DNA of 64,000 nt, taken from contig CP011210.1 in the NCBI GenBank assembly GCA_001029675.1, forward strand, positions 128,193-192,192, in the 5' to 3' direction. This document shows, piece by piece, positions 16,744 through 25,926 of the stretch. A model generated the notes under the pieces. The model searched no databases. It saw only the letters and a program-made list of their open reading frames with translations, and was not told the DNA's origin. The DNA comes from Candidatus Beckwithbacteria bacterium GW2011_GWC1_49_16. GTDB lineage: Bacteria > Patescibacteriota > Microgenomatia > UBA1400 > CG1-02-47-37. Each line of letters begins with the position of its first letter. Position 1 is the first letter of the stretch. The translations under genes were made by a program, and so were the position numbers.

Positions 16744-17421
16744 ATGATGACGCTGGGGCAACCAGAGGGTGAAATAGCGGTGACCGGGCCGGTGAAGGAC
16801 TATTTGGATTTAAGTTTTAAGCGGCGGTTGGTATTAGACGGCCAGGAGGAGCAAGTCTTAGATTTTTTTCTCGGCCAGCCGCCAAACACAATTTTTCAGA
16901 TACACCAGGTGCGGCAAGGCGCTTTTGAGGGGGGAGTGAAATACTCTGAAACTGTAATAAAAAGTTATCTTAGGAGTTTAAACGATGGCTTGGTCTCGTT
17001 GAATGGGGTTGAGTTAAGGATCGGCATAGTCCCAAATTATGGCAGATCAGGAAGGCAGGGATATGTTTTAATGACCCCGGGATTGGATGGTTATCAGCGC
17101 GTAGTTAAAGCTACCGCTGGCGAGAGAAAGGTAGATTTGTTGAGTTCCGAAGTTTGTCTTAGTAGAGTCAAGACTTTGACAAGAGTCTTAAAAGAAATAA
17201 AAAAAATGGAGCTAGTGACAGGGCTTTGGTCGGGCGAAAAGTTGTCTAGAGCCGAAGAATTGAGAGCTAATCTAATAGCAGAGCTTAGAGAGCAGATCGA
17301 GGCTTATCACGGAGGAAGCTTTAATGAATTTAGGGGTTGGGCTTTACGGGGAGTTGAAGATGCGGGCAAAGAGGAGAAGGCGTTTGAGGGGATGAGAGAG
17401 GTTTCAGGGAGTAAGGCTTGA
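16744..17421 (+). CDS. hypothetical protein
   Basis: A 225-aa ORF with no recognised motif. Confidence 0.45.
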   Translation: MMTLGQPEGEIAVTGPVKDYLDLSFKRRLVLDGQEEQVLDFFLGQPPNTIFQIHQVRQGAFEGGVKYSETVIKSYLRSLNDGLVSLNGVELRIGIVPNYGRSGRQGYVLMTPGLDGYQRVVKATAGERKVDLLSSEVCLSRVKTLTRVLKEIKKMELVTGLWSGEKLSRAEELRANLIAELREQIEAYHGGSFNEFRGWALRGVEDAGKEEKAFEGMREVSGSKA

Positions 17422-17457
17422 CAGAATTGGTAAAGGTAGTATACTAGGGGGGAGTAT
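17418..17457 (+). promoter_or_regulatory. sigma70-like promoter (TTGACA-N16-TATACT) overlapped by a TACT-A-GGGGGG-AGTA operator of RcnR/CsoR type
   Basis: -35 at 17418-17423 and -10 at 17440-17445. The pseudo-palindrome ATACT-AGGGGGG-AGTAT at 17441-17457 sits 12 nt upstream of the repressor gene start. Confidence 0.5.
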
Positions 17458-17468
17458 AACATTATCAA

Positions 17469-17723
17469 ATGAAACAACTTCAAGGTAAACAGGATAAAGT
17501 TGAACAATCCCTGGCGCGGATTGAGGGGCAGGTGCGGGGCATCAGCAAGATGTACGGCGAGGGTAAGCCCTGTTTGGACGTGGTGCAGCAGGTGGCCGCT
17601 GCCCGGGAAGCTTTGGGGAGAATCGGCAGGGAGCTTCTTAAAGATGAAGCCACTCTGTGTATGACTAGCGAGAAAGAGAAACAAAAGTTTGACAAAATTT
17701 TAAAGCAGTTATTTAAAAGCTAG
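17469..17723 (+). CDS. CsoR/RcnR-family (DUF156) transcriptional repressor, two-Cys CstR-like
   Basis: The helical 84-aa protein contains ARIEGQVRGI. Cys35 and Cys64 occupy the X and Z sensor positions. There is no His at the Y position. Confidence 0.75.
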   Translation: MKQLQGKQDKVEQSLARIEGQVRGISKMYGEGKPCLDVVQQVAAAREALGRIGRELLKDEATLCMTSEKEKQKFDKILKQLFKS

Positions 17724-17732
17724 GAGTTATAT

Positions 17733-18059
17733 ATGCCAGCAGGGCATTTTACCGATCAAGACTTTGAGGACAAAGTCTTAAAGCAAAAAGGAGTGTTTTT
17801 CGTCGACTTTTACGCCGACTGGTGCGGGCCGTGTAAAATCTCCGGCCCGATCATCGACAAGCTGGCTGATGAGTACCAAGGCAAGCTGACTTTCGGCAAG
17901 GTCAATGTCGATGAGAACCAGGCCACCAGCCAAAAGTACGGGGTGATGAGCATCCCGACGGTGGTGGTTTTAAAAGACGGCCAAGAAGTCGATAGGATGA
18001 TCGGCTTTGCCGGCGAGGAAGGCTATGTCAAGATGATTAAGAAGGCGCTGGGGGAATGA
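17733..18059 (+). CDS. trxA: thioredoxin
   Basis: WCGPCK active site. Length is 108 aa. Confidence 0.9.
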   Translation: MPAGHFTDQDFEDKVLKQKGVFFVDFYADWCGPCKISGPIIDKLADEYQGKLTFGKVNVDENQATSQKYGVMSIPTVVVLKDGQEVDRMIGFAGEEGYVKMIKKALGE

Positions 18060-19027
18060 ACGAAGTGCGTAAAGTGATCATCATCGGGTCGGGGCCGGCG
18101 GGGTATGCCGCGGCGCTTTACAACGCCAGGGCAGCCCTGGTACCGTTGGTTTTGGCCGGGGGAAAATGGGGCGGGCAGTTGATGCTGACGACTAAGGTGG
18201 AAAACTGGCCGGGGAGTAACGAGGGTATCATGGGGCCGGATTTGATGGAAAAGATGCGCCAACAGGCTAAAAAGTTTGGCGCCGAGATCGTGGACAAGAA
18301 TGTGACGGCGGTGGATTTTTCGAAAAGGCCGTTTGAGATTCACCTCGGAGGAGTTCCGCCGGCCGGCGGACCACCGTCCGAGGTGTATTTGGCCGAGGCG
18401 GTGATCGTGGCTACCGGGGCAGAGGCCAAGATGCTTGAAGTTGGCGAGGAGAAGTTTTTGGGCCGGGGAGTGTCGACCTGCGCCGTCTGCGACGCGCCGT
18501 TTTACAAGGACAAAATCACTTTCGTGGTGGGCGGGGGCGACGCGGCCATGGAAGAGGCTCTGGCCTTGGTCAAGCACGCCAGGGAGGTGATTATAGTTCA
18601 CAGAAGAGACCAGTTTCGGGCTTCGCAAATCATGCAAGATCGGGTGTTAAAAGACCACGCAGACAAGATTAAAGTCATCTGGGACAGCCAGGTTGCCGGA
18701 GTGGCGGGGGAAGAGAATTTAACCAAGATTGTGGTGGAGAATGTTAAAACTCAAGCCAAACAAGAGTTAGCGGTTGACGGTTTGTTTATAGCCATTGGCC
18801 ATAAACCTAATACCCAAATTTTCAAAGGCCAGCTGGAACTTGATAAAAAGGGGTATTTGGTAACCCGTTGGGGTGATTTAGGAAACTTTCCCACCCAAAC
18901 CAGCGTCACAGGCGTTTTTGGCGCGGGGGACGTGGTGGATTTTAGGTATCGCCAGGCAGTGACCGCGGCCGGTTTTGGAGTCATGGCCGCTCTGGACGCG
19001 GAGCGCTGGCTGGAACAGCAAGGATGA
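18056..19027 (+). CDS. trxB: thioredoxin reductase
   Basis: FAD motif IIIGSGPAGYAAA, redox CAVCDA, NADPH motif GGGDAAMEEA. Confidence 0.9.
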   Translation: MNEVRKVIIIGSGPAGYAAALYNARAALVPLVLAGGKWGGQLMLTTKVENWPGSNEGIMGPDLMEKMRQQAKKFGAEIVDKNVTAVDFSKRPFEIHLGGVPPAGGPPSEVYLAEAVIVATGAEAKMLEVGEEKFLGRGVSTCAVCDAPFYKDKITFVVGGGDAAMEEALALVKHAREVIIVHRRDQFRASQIMQDRVLKDHADKIKVIWDSQVAGVAGEENLTKIVVENVKTQAKQELAVDGLFIAIGHKPNTQIFKGQLELDKKGYLVTRWGDLGNFPTQTSVTGVFGAGDVVDFRYRQAVTAAGFGVMAALDAERWLEQQG

Positions 19028-19467
19028 TAGAGGTACTTAGAAGATTTCTAGGGCCAGCCCAGATTTTAGAGAAGGAAGATGTAGTGGTTGGGTCTGATTT
19101 CGATTTAGAAACAATAGGCGGAGAAAAGAGAAATTTATGGGTAGGGGAGAAGTTAGAGTTGGTGGCGGGAAATTTTAAGGGGGAGGGGGCGGTTTTGGAA
19201 ATTAAGGGTCCGCGAGAGGCATGGTTGTCCTTACACCACATTGATGGCGGTTTAAACTTTGTGTGTCACTTTTGGACCAATGGTGGATTAACAGCGGGAA
19301 AAGGTGAACACCCTTATCCTGGGACGAACCGATTTAACTGGCAGATAGGGAAGGGCAAGAATTTTGTCACCCTTGATGTGGATACGGGTTGTTTAATCGC
19401 CTTTGATTTAGGAACGATGAGGCAGGTAAGATTAAGATTGAAGGAAAGCCAAAAAACTGACGGTTGA
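19024..19467 (+). CDS. hypothetical protein
   Basis: A 147-aa ORF coupled to trxB by a 4-nt overlap. Confidence 0.45.
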   Translation: MIEVLRRFLGPAQILEKEDVVVGSDFDLETIGGEKRNLWVGEKLELVAGNFKGEGAVLEIKGPREAWLSLHHIDGGLNFVCHFWTNGGLTAGKGEHPYPGTNRFNWQIGKGKNFVTLDVDTGCLIAFDLGTMRQVRLRLKESQKTDG

Positions 19468-19492
19468 CAAAAAAAATTATCTTTGTTGTAAT
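19464..19492 (+). promoter_or_regulatory. putative promoter TTGACA-N17-TGTAAT upstream of the dsbA-like gene
   Basis: Hexamers are at 19464-19469 and 19487-19492. The start codon is at 19500. Confidence 0.35.
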
Positions 19493-19499
19493 TTAGTTC

Positions 19500-20258
19500 A
19501 TGGCCGAAGCTAAAAAAGAAACCAAAAAGGGCAAAAGCTTACTCCAACCGATTTTGATTGGTTTGTTAGTGATTGCCGCTTTTGCCATCGGCAGCATGTG
19601 GACGGAACTTAAAATGCTCAAAGGCGGGACGGGATTGGTGGGGACGACTCAGCAGGCAGGCCAGGGGGCGGCCGGTAGTGAAGCGGCGCCGGAAGAAATT
19701 ACCGAGTTGACCGATGAGCAGTGGCAGGAAGTTTTGGCCAAGCCGGCAGCGGTTAAAGGAGACGAAGGGGCAGAAGTAATCATGGTGGAGTTTACCGATT
19801 ATCAGTGCCCGTTTTGTAAGCGCCATTTTGACCAAACCGCAGCCCAAATCGATCAGGAATACACTGCTACGGGTAAAGTGCGTTACGTGATTCGGGATTT
19901 GCCTTTGTCTTTCCACCAAAATGCCCACGCGGCGGCCGAGGCGGCCCGGTGTGCCGGCGACCAGGAAGCCTATTTTGAATACCACGATAAGCTGTTTGAG
20001 ACCCAGACCGCTTGGGCGGAACTGGCTGACCCGAATGAGACTTTTAGCGGTTATGCCGGTGAACTGGGGCTTAATAGGTCAACTTTCTCCAGTTGTCTGA
20101 CCGACGGCAAGTATAAGGCCCAAGTGGATGAGGATTTGGGGCTAGCCCAAAAAGTGGGCGCCAATGGCACGCCGACTTTCTTCATCAACGGCAAGGCATT
20201 GGTCGGGGCCCAACCCTTTGCGGCCTTTAAGGCCATGCTCGACGCGGAACTTAATTAG
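19500..20258 (+). CDS. DsbA-family thiol:disulfide oxidoreductase with an N-terminal TM anchor
   Basis: CPFC active site in a thioredoxin-fold domain. The N-terminal hydrophobic helix is LLQPILIGLLVIAAFAIGSMW. Confidence 0.8.
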   Translation: MAEAKKETKKGKSLLQPILIGLLVIAAFAIGSMWTELKMLKGGTGLVGTTQQAGQGAAGSEAAPEEITELTDEQWQEVLAKPAAVKGDEGAEVIMVEFTDYQCPFCKRHFDQTAAQIDQEYTATGKVRYVIRDLPLSFHQNAHAAAEAARCAGDQEAYFEYHDKLFETQTAWAELADPNETFSGYAGELGLNRSTFSSCLTDGKYKAQVDEDLGLAQKVGANGTPTFFINGKALVGAQPFAAFKAMLDAELN

Positions 20259-20301
20259 GCGCCGGGCATCAGCTTCTAGCTTCTAGAATTACCCTATAGA
20301 G

Positions 20302-20670
20302 TTGAAAATTCTGATTATTTATGATATTGGTGTCAGTATTATGGAAGGAGAGAGGAAATTTGACAGAGGTGGAGTCGGAGAAGAGTTTACGGTTAAAGCC
20401 GGAACCCCTCTTGAAGCTCTTATGAGTTTAAGGGCGTCGGTGATAATGTCAGAAAGGATGCCGACCATGATACAGAGAGGAGAAGCCAGGCGAAAGTCTT
20501 TTTTAGACGCGGTGCGATTTTTAAGAAGAACACCCGATGTAGACAAAAGAAAATCTTTATTAGAGGGTCTTAGGTCGACCGAGCCTGGGGTAGCCCAAAA
20601 AGTAGAGCGGACTTTGAACTTAACCAAGGCAATTGTGGTGATGATGCAGACGGCTAAAAGCCAGGGTTGA
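20302..20670 (+). CDS. hypothetical protein
   Basis: A 122-aa ORF. The start is uncertain. Confidence 0.3.
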   Translation: MKILIIYDIGVSIMEGERKFDRGGVGEEFTVKAGTPLEALMSLRASVIMSERMPTMIQRGEARRKSFLDAVRFLRRTPDVDKRKSLLEGLRSTEPGVAQKVERTLNLTKAIVVMMQTAKSQG

Positions 20671-21596
20671 AAACGGTAGGGTTTGGTATAATTGGCGCTA
20701 TGAAGAAATTGGCACTTGGGTGTTTGAGTTTCATTATGTTTTTGTCTCTGGCGGTTGTAGTTCCCGCCTACGTCCAAGGCTTCGGCGAGGCAAAGGAAGC
20801 CACCGAGGCGGCGTCGACGGTGGCGACCGAGTCGGCCACCAAGCAAATCGAAGCGGCGGTTAAGGAGGACATTACCGAGAGAACCTCGCCGGCCAAAGGC
20901 AGACTAGAGCGGTATTTAGCCGAGAAGGAGTTGGGAGAGCTTTCTTACAGGAACTTTTTACAGCACGCCATTAGAAGAGCGGTAGCCCAGGGAGTCTCGG
21001 CCAACACCATCGTTTTGGTGCTACTTTTTCCGTTGGTGGCAGGGTTGATTGCCGCTGGCCGCCATCTTTTGGGACTAACCGGATTTGGCATTTTTGTGCC
21101 GGCGATGCTGGCGGTGGCATTCCTTGCTACCGGGATCAAGGTGGGCATGGTTTTGTTTGTAGTGATTTGGCTTTTGGCGACTGCCTCCAGGGGGTTGACG
21201 GGCAGGTTAAAGCTGCAGTATCTACCGCGAATGGCGCTGTTGATGTGGTTTGTGTCGGTGGGGGTGTTGGCGGTGATGCTCGCGGCAGTCAACATCAACT
21301 TTGGGGAACTCTCGGCCGTGTCGATTTTTCCGATCTTGATTTTGATGTTACTAGCCGAAAACTTTATCGAAGTCCAGGCGGGCAAAAGCGGCCGGGAGGC
21401 TTTTCTGGTGACTTTGCAGACTATCATTATGGCGGTAGCGGCGGCTTTGGTGCTGCGGCTTGATCTGGTGCAGCGCCTGGTGCTTTTAAACCCGGAAATT
21501 TTTCTGCTCGCGGTGGCAATATTTGACGTTTACGTGGGCCGCTACGTGGGCTTGAGGGCTTTGGAGTGGGTGAAGTTTAAAAAACTACTTAGATAA
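20667..21596 (+). CDS. polytopic membrane protein, 7TM_transglut-like
   Basis: Signal/TM N-terminus followed by 6-7 TM helices. It is positioned immediately upstream of an ATPgrasp_ST-type ligase, as in known amidoligase operons. Confidence 0.45.
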   Translation: MKTVGFGIIGAMKKLALGCLSFIMFLSLAVVVPAYVQGFGEAKEATEAASTVATESATKQIEAAVKEDITERTSPAKGRLERYLAEKELGELSYRNFLQHAIRRAVAQGVSANTIVLVLLFPLVAGLIAAGRHLLGLTGFGIFVPAMLAVAFLATGIKVGMVLFVVIWLLATASRGLTGRLKLQYLPRMALLMWFVSVGVLAVMLAAVNINFGELSAVSIFPILILMLLAENFIEVQAGKSGREAFLVTLQTIIMAVAAALVLRLDLVQRLVLLNPEIFLLAVAIFDVYVGRYVGLRALEWVKFKKLLR

Positions 21597-21610
21597 GTGG
21601 TTGGGGGATT

Positions 21611-22939
21611 ATGAGGCGCAGCGACATTTTGGGCATGAACGCCAGAAACCACTTGTATCAGTCGCGCTACAACAAGCCCAAGGGTAAAAAGATTGCCGGC
21701 TCGAAGTTACTGACTAAGTCGACTTTGAGAAAAGCGAGGCTGGCCGTGCCTAAACTTTACCGGGTGTTTAAAAGAGAAGAGGCGGTGGAAAAGTATGATT
21801 TTATGAAGCTGCCGGAGAGTTTTGTGGTCAAGCCCAGCCAGGGTTTGGGCGGAGAAGGGATTTTGGTAATTGAGCGAGGAGGGGAATATGCCGGCGAGTG
21901 GGTGACGGTGGACAAACAGTTGGTGGCAGCCAACGATTTAAGGCTTCACATCAAGGATATCTTGGCGGGCAAGTACTCGATGCATGATTTGCCGGACACG
22001 GCCTTTGTGGAGGAGAGGGTGAGGGTGCACCCGAGATTTAGCCCAATTTCCTTTCAGGGGACGCCGGATATAGGGGTGTTGGTGTTTAACCGGGTGCCGG
22101 TGATGGCCTTTTTGCGGTTGGCGACCAGAGAATCTCACGGCAAAGCCAACATGTTTCAGGGGGCGGTGGCCTGCGGCATTGACATGGCCACCGGAGTGAC
22201 CACCGACGCGGTCAGACACACCAGCCAGATTACTTTTTTCCCGGGAACCAGAAGGAAGCTTAGAGGCATTAGGGTTCCCCGGTGGGATAAAGTTTTGAGG
22301 CTGGCGGTGGAGGCGGCCGAGGCGGTGGGGTTGGGGTTTTGCCGGGTGGACGTGGCGCTTCAGCCGAAGTTAACCCGTGAGGGGAAACTGAAAAGCAAGC
22401 CGATGGTGCTGGAGGTCAATTCCCAACCGGGCTTGAAAATTCAGCTGGCCAATGCGGCGGGGTTAAGGCGGAGACTGACGCGGGTTGAGGGGCTTAAGGT
22501 GAAGACGGTGAGGCAAGGTTTGGAGATCGGCAAGCAATTGTTCGCCGCTCGGGACGAAGCCGAGTCGATTCAGGGCGGGGTGGTGCACGTGGGGGTGTTT
22601 GAGAACCTGGAAGTGGAGGATTTTTTGGGAGAAAAACACCAAGTGGCGGCCAAGATTGACACCGGCGCCTTTAGGACCTCGATCGACGAGGCTTTGGCCA
22701 AAAGGCTGGGGTTGACAGACCCGGAAAACGTGCTGTGGAACGTGGGTTATAGAAGCGCCTTGGGCAGGGAAGAGCGGAAAGTGGTGGGGCTGACTTTTTG
22801 GCTTCGCGATAAAAAGATCAAGACCAGCGCTTCGGTGGCAGACAGGTCTAAACTCAAACGGCCGATGATTGTCGGCAGGAGGGATTTATTGGGATTTTCT
22901 TTGCGGGTGAGAGAGAAGGAAGCCGAGCAGGAGGCTTAA
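21611..22939 (+). CDS. alpha-L-glutamate-ligase-related ATP-grasp (ATPgrasp_ST) fused to a retropepsin-like Zn_protease (DUF785) domain
   Basis: N-terminus ILGMNARNHLY...KLLTK. ATP-grasp core FVVKPSQGLGGEGI. C-terminal AKIDTGAFRTS is the retropepsin-like DTGA signature. Confidence 0.65.
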   Translation: MRRSDILGMNARNHLYQSRYNKPKGKKIAGSKLLTKSTLRKARLAVPKLYRVFKREEAVEKYDFMKLPESFVVKPSQGLGGEGILVIERGGEYAGEWVTVDKQLVAANDLRLHIKDILAGKYSMHDLPDTAFVEERVRVHPRFSPISFQGTPDIGVLVFNRVPVMAFLRLATRESHGKANMFQGAVACGIDMATGVTTDAVRHTSQITFFPGTRRKLRGIRVPRWDKVLRLAVEAAEAVGLGFCRVDVALQPKLTREGKLKSKPMVLEVNSQPGLKIQLANAAGLRRRLTRVEGLKVKTVRQGLEIGKQLFAARDEAESIQGGVVHVGVFENLEVEDFLGEKHQVAAKIDTGAFRTSIDEALAKRLGLTDPENVLWNVGYRSALGREERKVVGLTFWLRDKKIKTSASVADRSKLKRPMIVGRRDLLGFSLRVREKEAEQEA

Positions 22940-22946
22940 TAAATCA

Positions 22947-24491
22947 ATGTTGTTTGTTGATAGCGATTGGCAGAAAAGCAAAGAGGCGGTACGGCAGGCG
23001 CTTGGTCGGGTTGATAAAAATTTGGTCGGCATCGGGGTGACGGCGTTTAACCGGATCAGCCCCGCCTTGGTATCGGATAAGTTTCAGTTGGTGTGCCACC
23101 GGGCCGGTTCGGATTTGCCATATTTGAGAAAAATTGCCAAAGTGACGGCTATCTCCGAGAGTTGGCCGGAAACGGCGGGGATGACGAGGTACAACAGTTT
23201 GGCGATTTTACAACACCCGGGAGTGGAGCAGTATTTGACCAGTCTAGGTAAGGTTGGGGTGTTTGTTTACAAAACCAGCGAGCGGGTGGACAGGCTGTGT
23301 GACGAGCGGGGTTATCAGTTGATTGCCAACCGGCACGAGATCAGAGATAAGTTTGAGAACAAGAAGGATTTTCGGGTGATCGGTAAAAAAATTGGCCTGA
23401 AGATGATCGGGGGCGAGACGATAAAGATTGATGACTTAAGCGACGAGAAATATGGAGAGTTAGTTGGTAAGATGGGGGATAAACTTGTTCTGCAGCTGAC
23501 CGAGTTGTCCCGCGGCGGCGGGTCGGGAACTTTTTTTATTAACAACAAGGGTGATCTTGAAAAATTCAGAGAAGTGGTGGCGGAAAAAGGGGAGAATCGG
23601 GAAGAAGAGGAGAAGCTGACGTTTGTCAATGTGACCCAGTTTGTCGAGGGAATTGCCGGCAGCATTACCGGCTGTGTCACAAGAGAAGGGGTGCTGACCG
23701 GGGTAGTTCAGACCCAGGTGGTGGACGTGCCCGAGCTGGTGCGACGCGACACCGGCCGCAGTGGAGTGTTTCGGGGGCACGACTGGAGTGTATTTCACTA
23801 TTCGGACAAGGTTCAAAGACAGGCCGAGAAGATGGCCGAGGCTTTGGGCGGCTTTATGGCGAAAGAGGGCTATAAGGGGATTTTTGGCATTGATTTGATC
23901 ATCGACCGGGAGCGGGACGAGGTGTACCCGGTGGAGTGCAACCCCCGCTACACCGGGGCGTTTCCGGTTTACAGCCTGCTTCAGGCGCAAGCGAACGAAG
24001 TGCCGCTGGACGTGTTTCAGCTGTTGGAGTTTTTGGGGGTTGACTACGCTTATGATTTTGAGGCGGTCAATCAAAGCTGGAAAACGCCAAAGTTTGGAGC
24101 CCACCTGGTGCTTCACAACCGCGACCACGAGAACTGGGTGAGGGCGGGCGGGGAGCTGGCGGCAGGGGTGTATCGGTTTAAGGTTGAGGCAGACGACAAG
24201 GTGGAGCTGACATTTTTAAGGGAAGGCTTTCAGCCGGAGGATTTGCGGGGAGAGGACGAGTTGGTGTTGACCGACGGGGTGCCTTACAAGGGGGATTTGA
24301 TTAAACCGCATTTACGCTGCGGCAAGTTGATTTTTGCCGGCAAGGTTTTAAACAAGATTCATGACCAGTTGACGGCGGAAGCCAGCGCTGTGGTCAAAGA
24401 AGTTTACCGCCGGTTTGACTTTCAGGTGGTGGACGTGCCCGAGGACGACTGGCGCTGGGAGAGAAGAATGGCTAGTGAAGCAAACGCTTGA
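22947..24491 (+). CDS. ATP-grasp domain protein (second ligase of the cluster)
   Basis: The C-terminal half contains IFGIDLIIDRERDEVYPVECNPRYTG, the ATP-grasp E/N catalytic region. The N-terminal region is unassigned. Confidence 0.5.
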   Translation: MLFVDSDWQKSKEAVRQALGRVDKNLVGIGVTAFNRISPALVSDKFQLVCHRAGSDLPYLRKIAKVTAISESWPETAGMTRYNSLAILQHPGVEQYLTSLGKVGVFVYKTSERVDRLCDERGYQLIANRHEIRDKFENKKDFRVIGKKIGLKMIGGETIKIDDLSDEKYGELVGKMGDKLVLQLTELSRGGGSGTFFINNKGDLEKFREVVAEKGENREEEEKLTFVNVTQFVEGIAGSITGCVTREGVLTGVVQTQVVDVPELVRRDTGRSGVFRGHDWSVFHYSDKVQRQAEKMAEALGGFMAKEGYKGIFGIDLIIDRERDEVYPVECNPRYTGAFPVYSLLQAQANEVPLDVFQLLEFLGVDYAYDFEAVNQSWKTPKFGAHLVLHNRDHENWVRAGGELAAGVYRFKVEADDKVELTFLREGFQPEDLRGEDELVLTDGVPYKGDLIKPHLRCGKLIFAGKVLNKIHDQLTAEASAVVKEVYRRFDFQVVDVPEDDWRWERRMASEANA

Positions 24492-24543
24492 CAGCTTAAG
24501 GTTATAGGTTATAATACGGGCAAATTTTAAAAAAGGACAGAAA

Positions 24544-25383
24544 ATGGTCATCGGCGAAAGACTGGCAGCAAGAGGAGACCAAGCACGACTGGGCACATCT
24601 CATTTAGTGGAAATGGCTACGGGGACCTTAACTTTGGAAAATAACCAGGCGATTGTGGAGCTAATCGAGAGGCAAAATCAGGTAAAGGCCGACCTACGTT
24701 ATCGAAAATTTGAATATATTTACGACTGGGTTCAGAAGGCGAGGGATATTAGGGATTGCGATTTTCATACGGATGAAATTTTCTTGATTTATTTAGAAGG
24801 AAAAGGTTATCAAAAAGGAATTGCTGAAACTGGACTGTTAGTTGAAGGGGTTAACGAGACAGTAATGTATATGGTTGATAGAGAACGAAGAGGTTTAATC
24901 GTAGAAGAGGTGGGATTTTATAGAGAACTTATTGGGAAGGGGGTCACTTTTAGGCTGCCTATATCCCCACAGGGCAAGATTTTTTTTGGAAGAGACAAGA
25001 TTATGGTAAGGTTGGAGGAGAAAAAGCCAGAACCAGAATTTCCTAAGCATGTTAAATCTTACTTTGGTTCTTTAGAGGATGAGAATATTAGTGGTTGGAT
25101 GGGGATGATCAATGTGGTCGATGTTGACCTGATAGAAAAAATGGGAAAATGGCAAGATGGGTTTGATTCTGTAACTTCAGACTTGAAAAGTGGTGGGGAA
25201 GTAAAAAAGAAGCAATACAGAAGACTTGATAAACAAATGAGGTGGATGGAAAAAAGGCTAGCAACCTACGGTAATCAACCACATGATGGATTTGTTGACG
25301 AAGCCGTGGATTTAGTAAGGACGCTGAGAAAATTTGAGCTTACCAAGGAAGTGTTGCAGGCTGATTTTAGGAGTAGTGACTAA
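24544..25383 (+). CDS. hypothetical protein in an AT-rich island
   Basis: A 279-aa ORF with GC below the local average. No motif was recognised. Confidence 0.45.
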   Translation: MVIGERLAARGDQARLGTSHLVEMATGTLTLENNQAIVELIERQNQVKADLRYRKFEYIYDWVQKARDIRDCDFHTDEIFLIYLEGKGYQKGIAETGLLVEGVNETVMYMVDRERRGLIVEEVGFYRELIGKGVTFRLPISPQGKIFFGRDKIMVRLEEKKPEPEFPKHVKSYFGSLEDENISGWMGMINVVDVDLIEKMGKWQDGFDSVTSDLKSGGEVKKKQYRRLDKQMRWMEKRLATYGNQPHDGFVDEAVDLVRTLRKFELTKEVLQADFRSSD

Positions 25384-25480
25384 AGTTGAAAAATTGAGGT
25401 TTTTCACTAGGCTGAATATACAGCTAAGCTGATAAGGGCAAAAAGAGAATTTAATGTTTACCTAATGAGGTGTAATGATA

Positions 25481-25885
25481 TTATTTCGAATCTTTAATCT
25501 TTGGAAAAGCCATAGAAGCTAGAATTGCACTAATGGTTCCGACTGCAACGTCTCCTAAAAATTCTGGATTTGGTTTTGATAAGTTTTCAACTAAGACATT
25601 AATTAAAGTTACAGAAACAACAGTTAAGGCGTTCCGCTGCGAGTTGGTAAGCCTAAACATTTCTGTTGACTCTATAGGAGTTGATATAATTTCTAGAGAG
25701 GTTATTAAGAATCTGTTTAGATGAAAGAGTGCTTGAGATGCGTTAAAGTTGCCAATGTGATTTTCTAAAAATGTTCCTTGACCAAGAATGTATGGATCAA
25801 TTCTTTTAGCAAAATTCATGGCTACGCCAGCAGTTATACCAATGAAGCCAACTGTTTTTGTTAGAGATCTTTCTGTTTGCGGCAT
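25481..25885 (-). CDS. hypothetical protein, AT-rich
   Basis: A 134-aa ORF. Weak. Confidence 0.35.
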   Translation of the reverse strand: MPQTERSLTKTVGFIGITAGVAMNFAKRIDPYILGQGTFLENHIGNFNASQALFHLNRFLITSLEIISTPIESTEMFRLTNSQRNALTVVSVTLINVLVENLSKPNPEFLGDVAVGTISAILASMAFPKIKDSK

Positions 25886-25926
25886 AATTTGGCTATGCTA
25901 TCATAGTTATAGGATATTGGAAGCTT

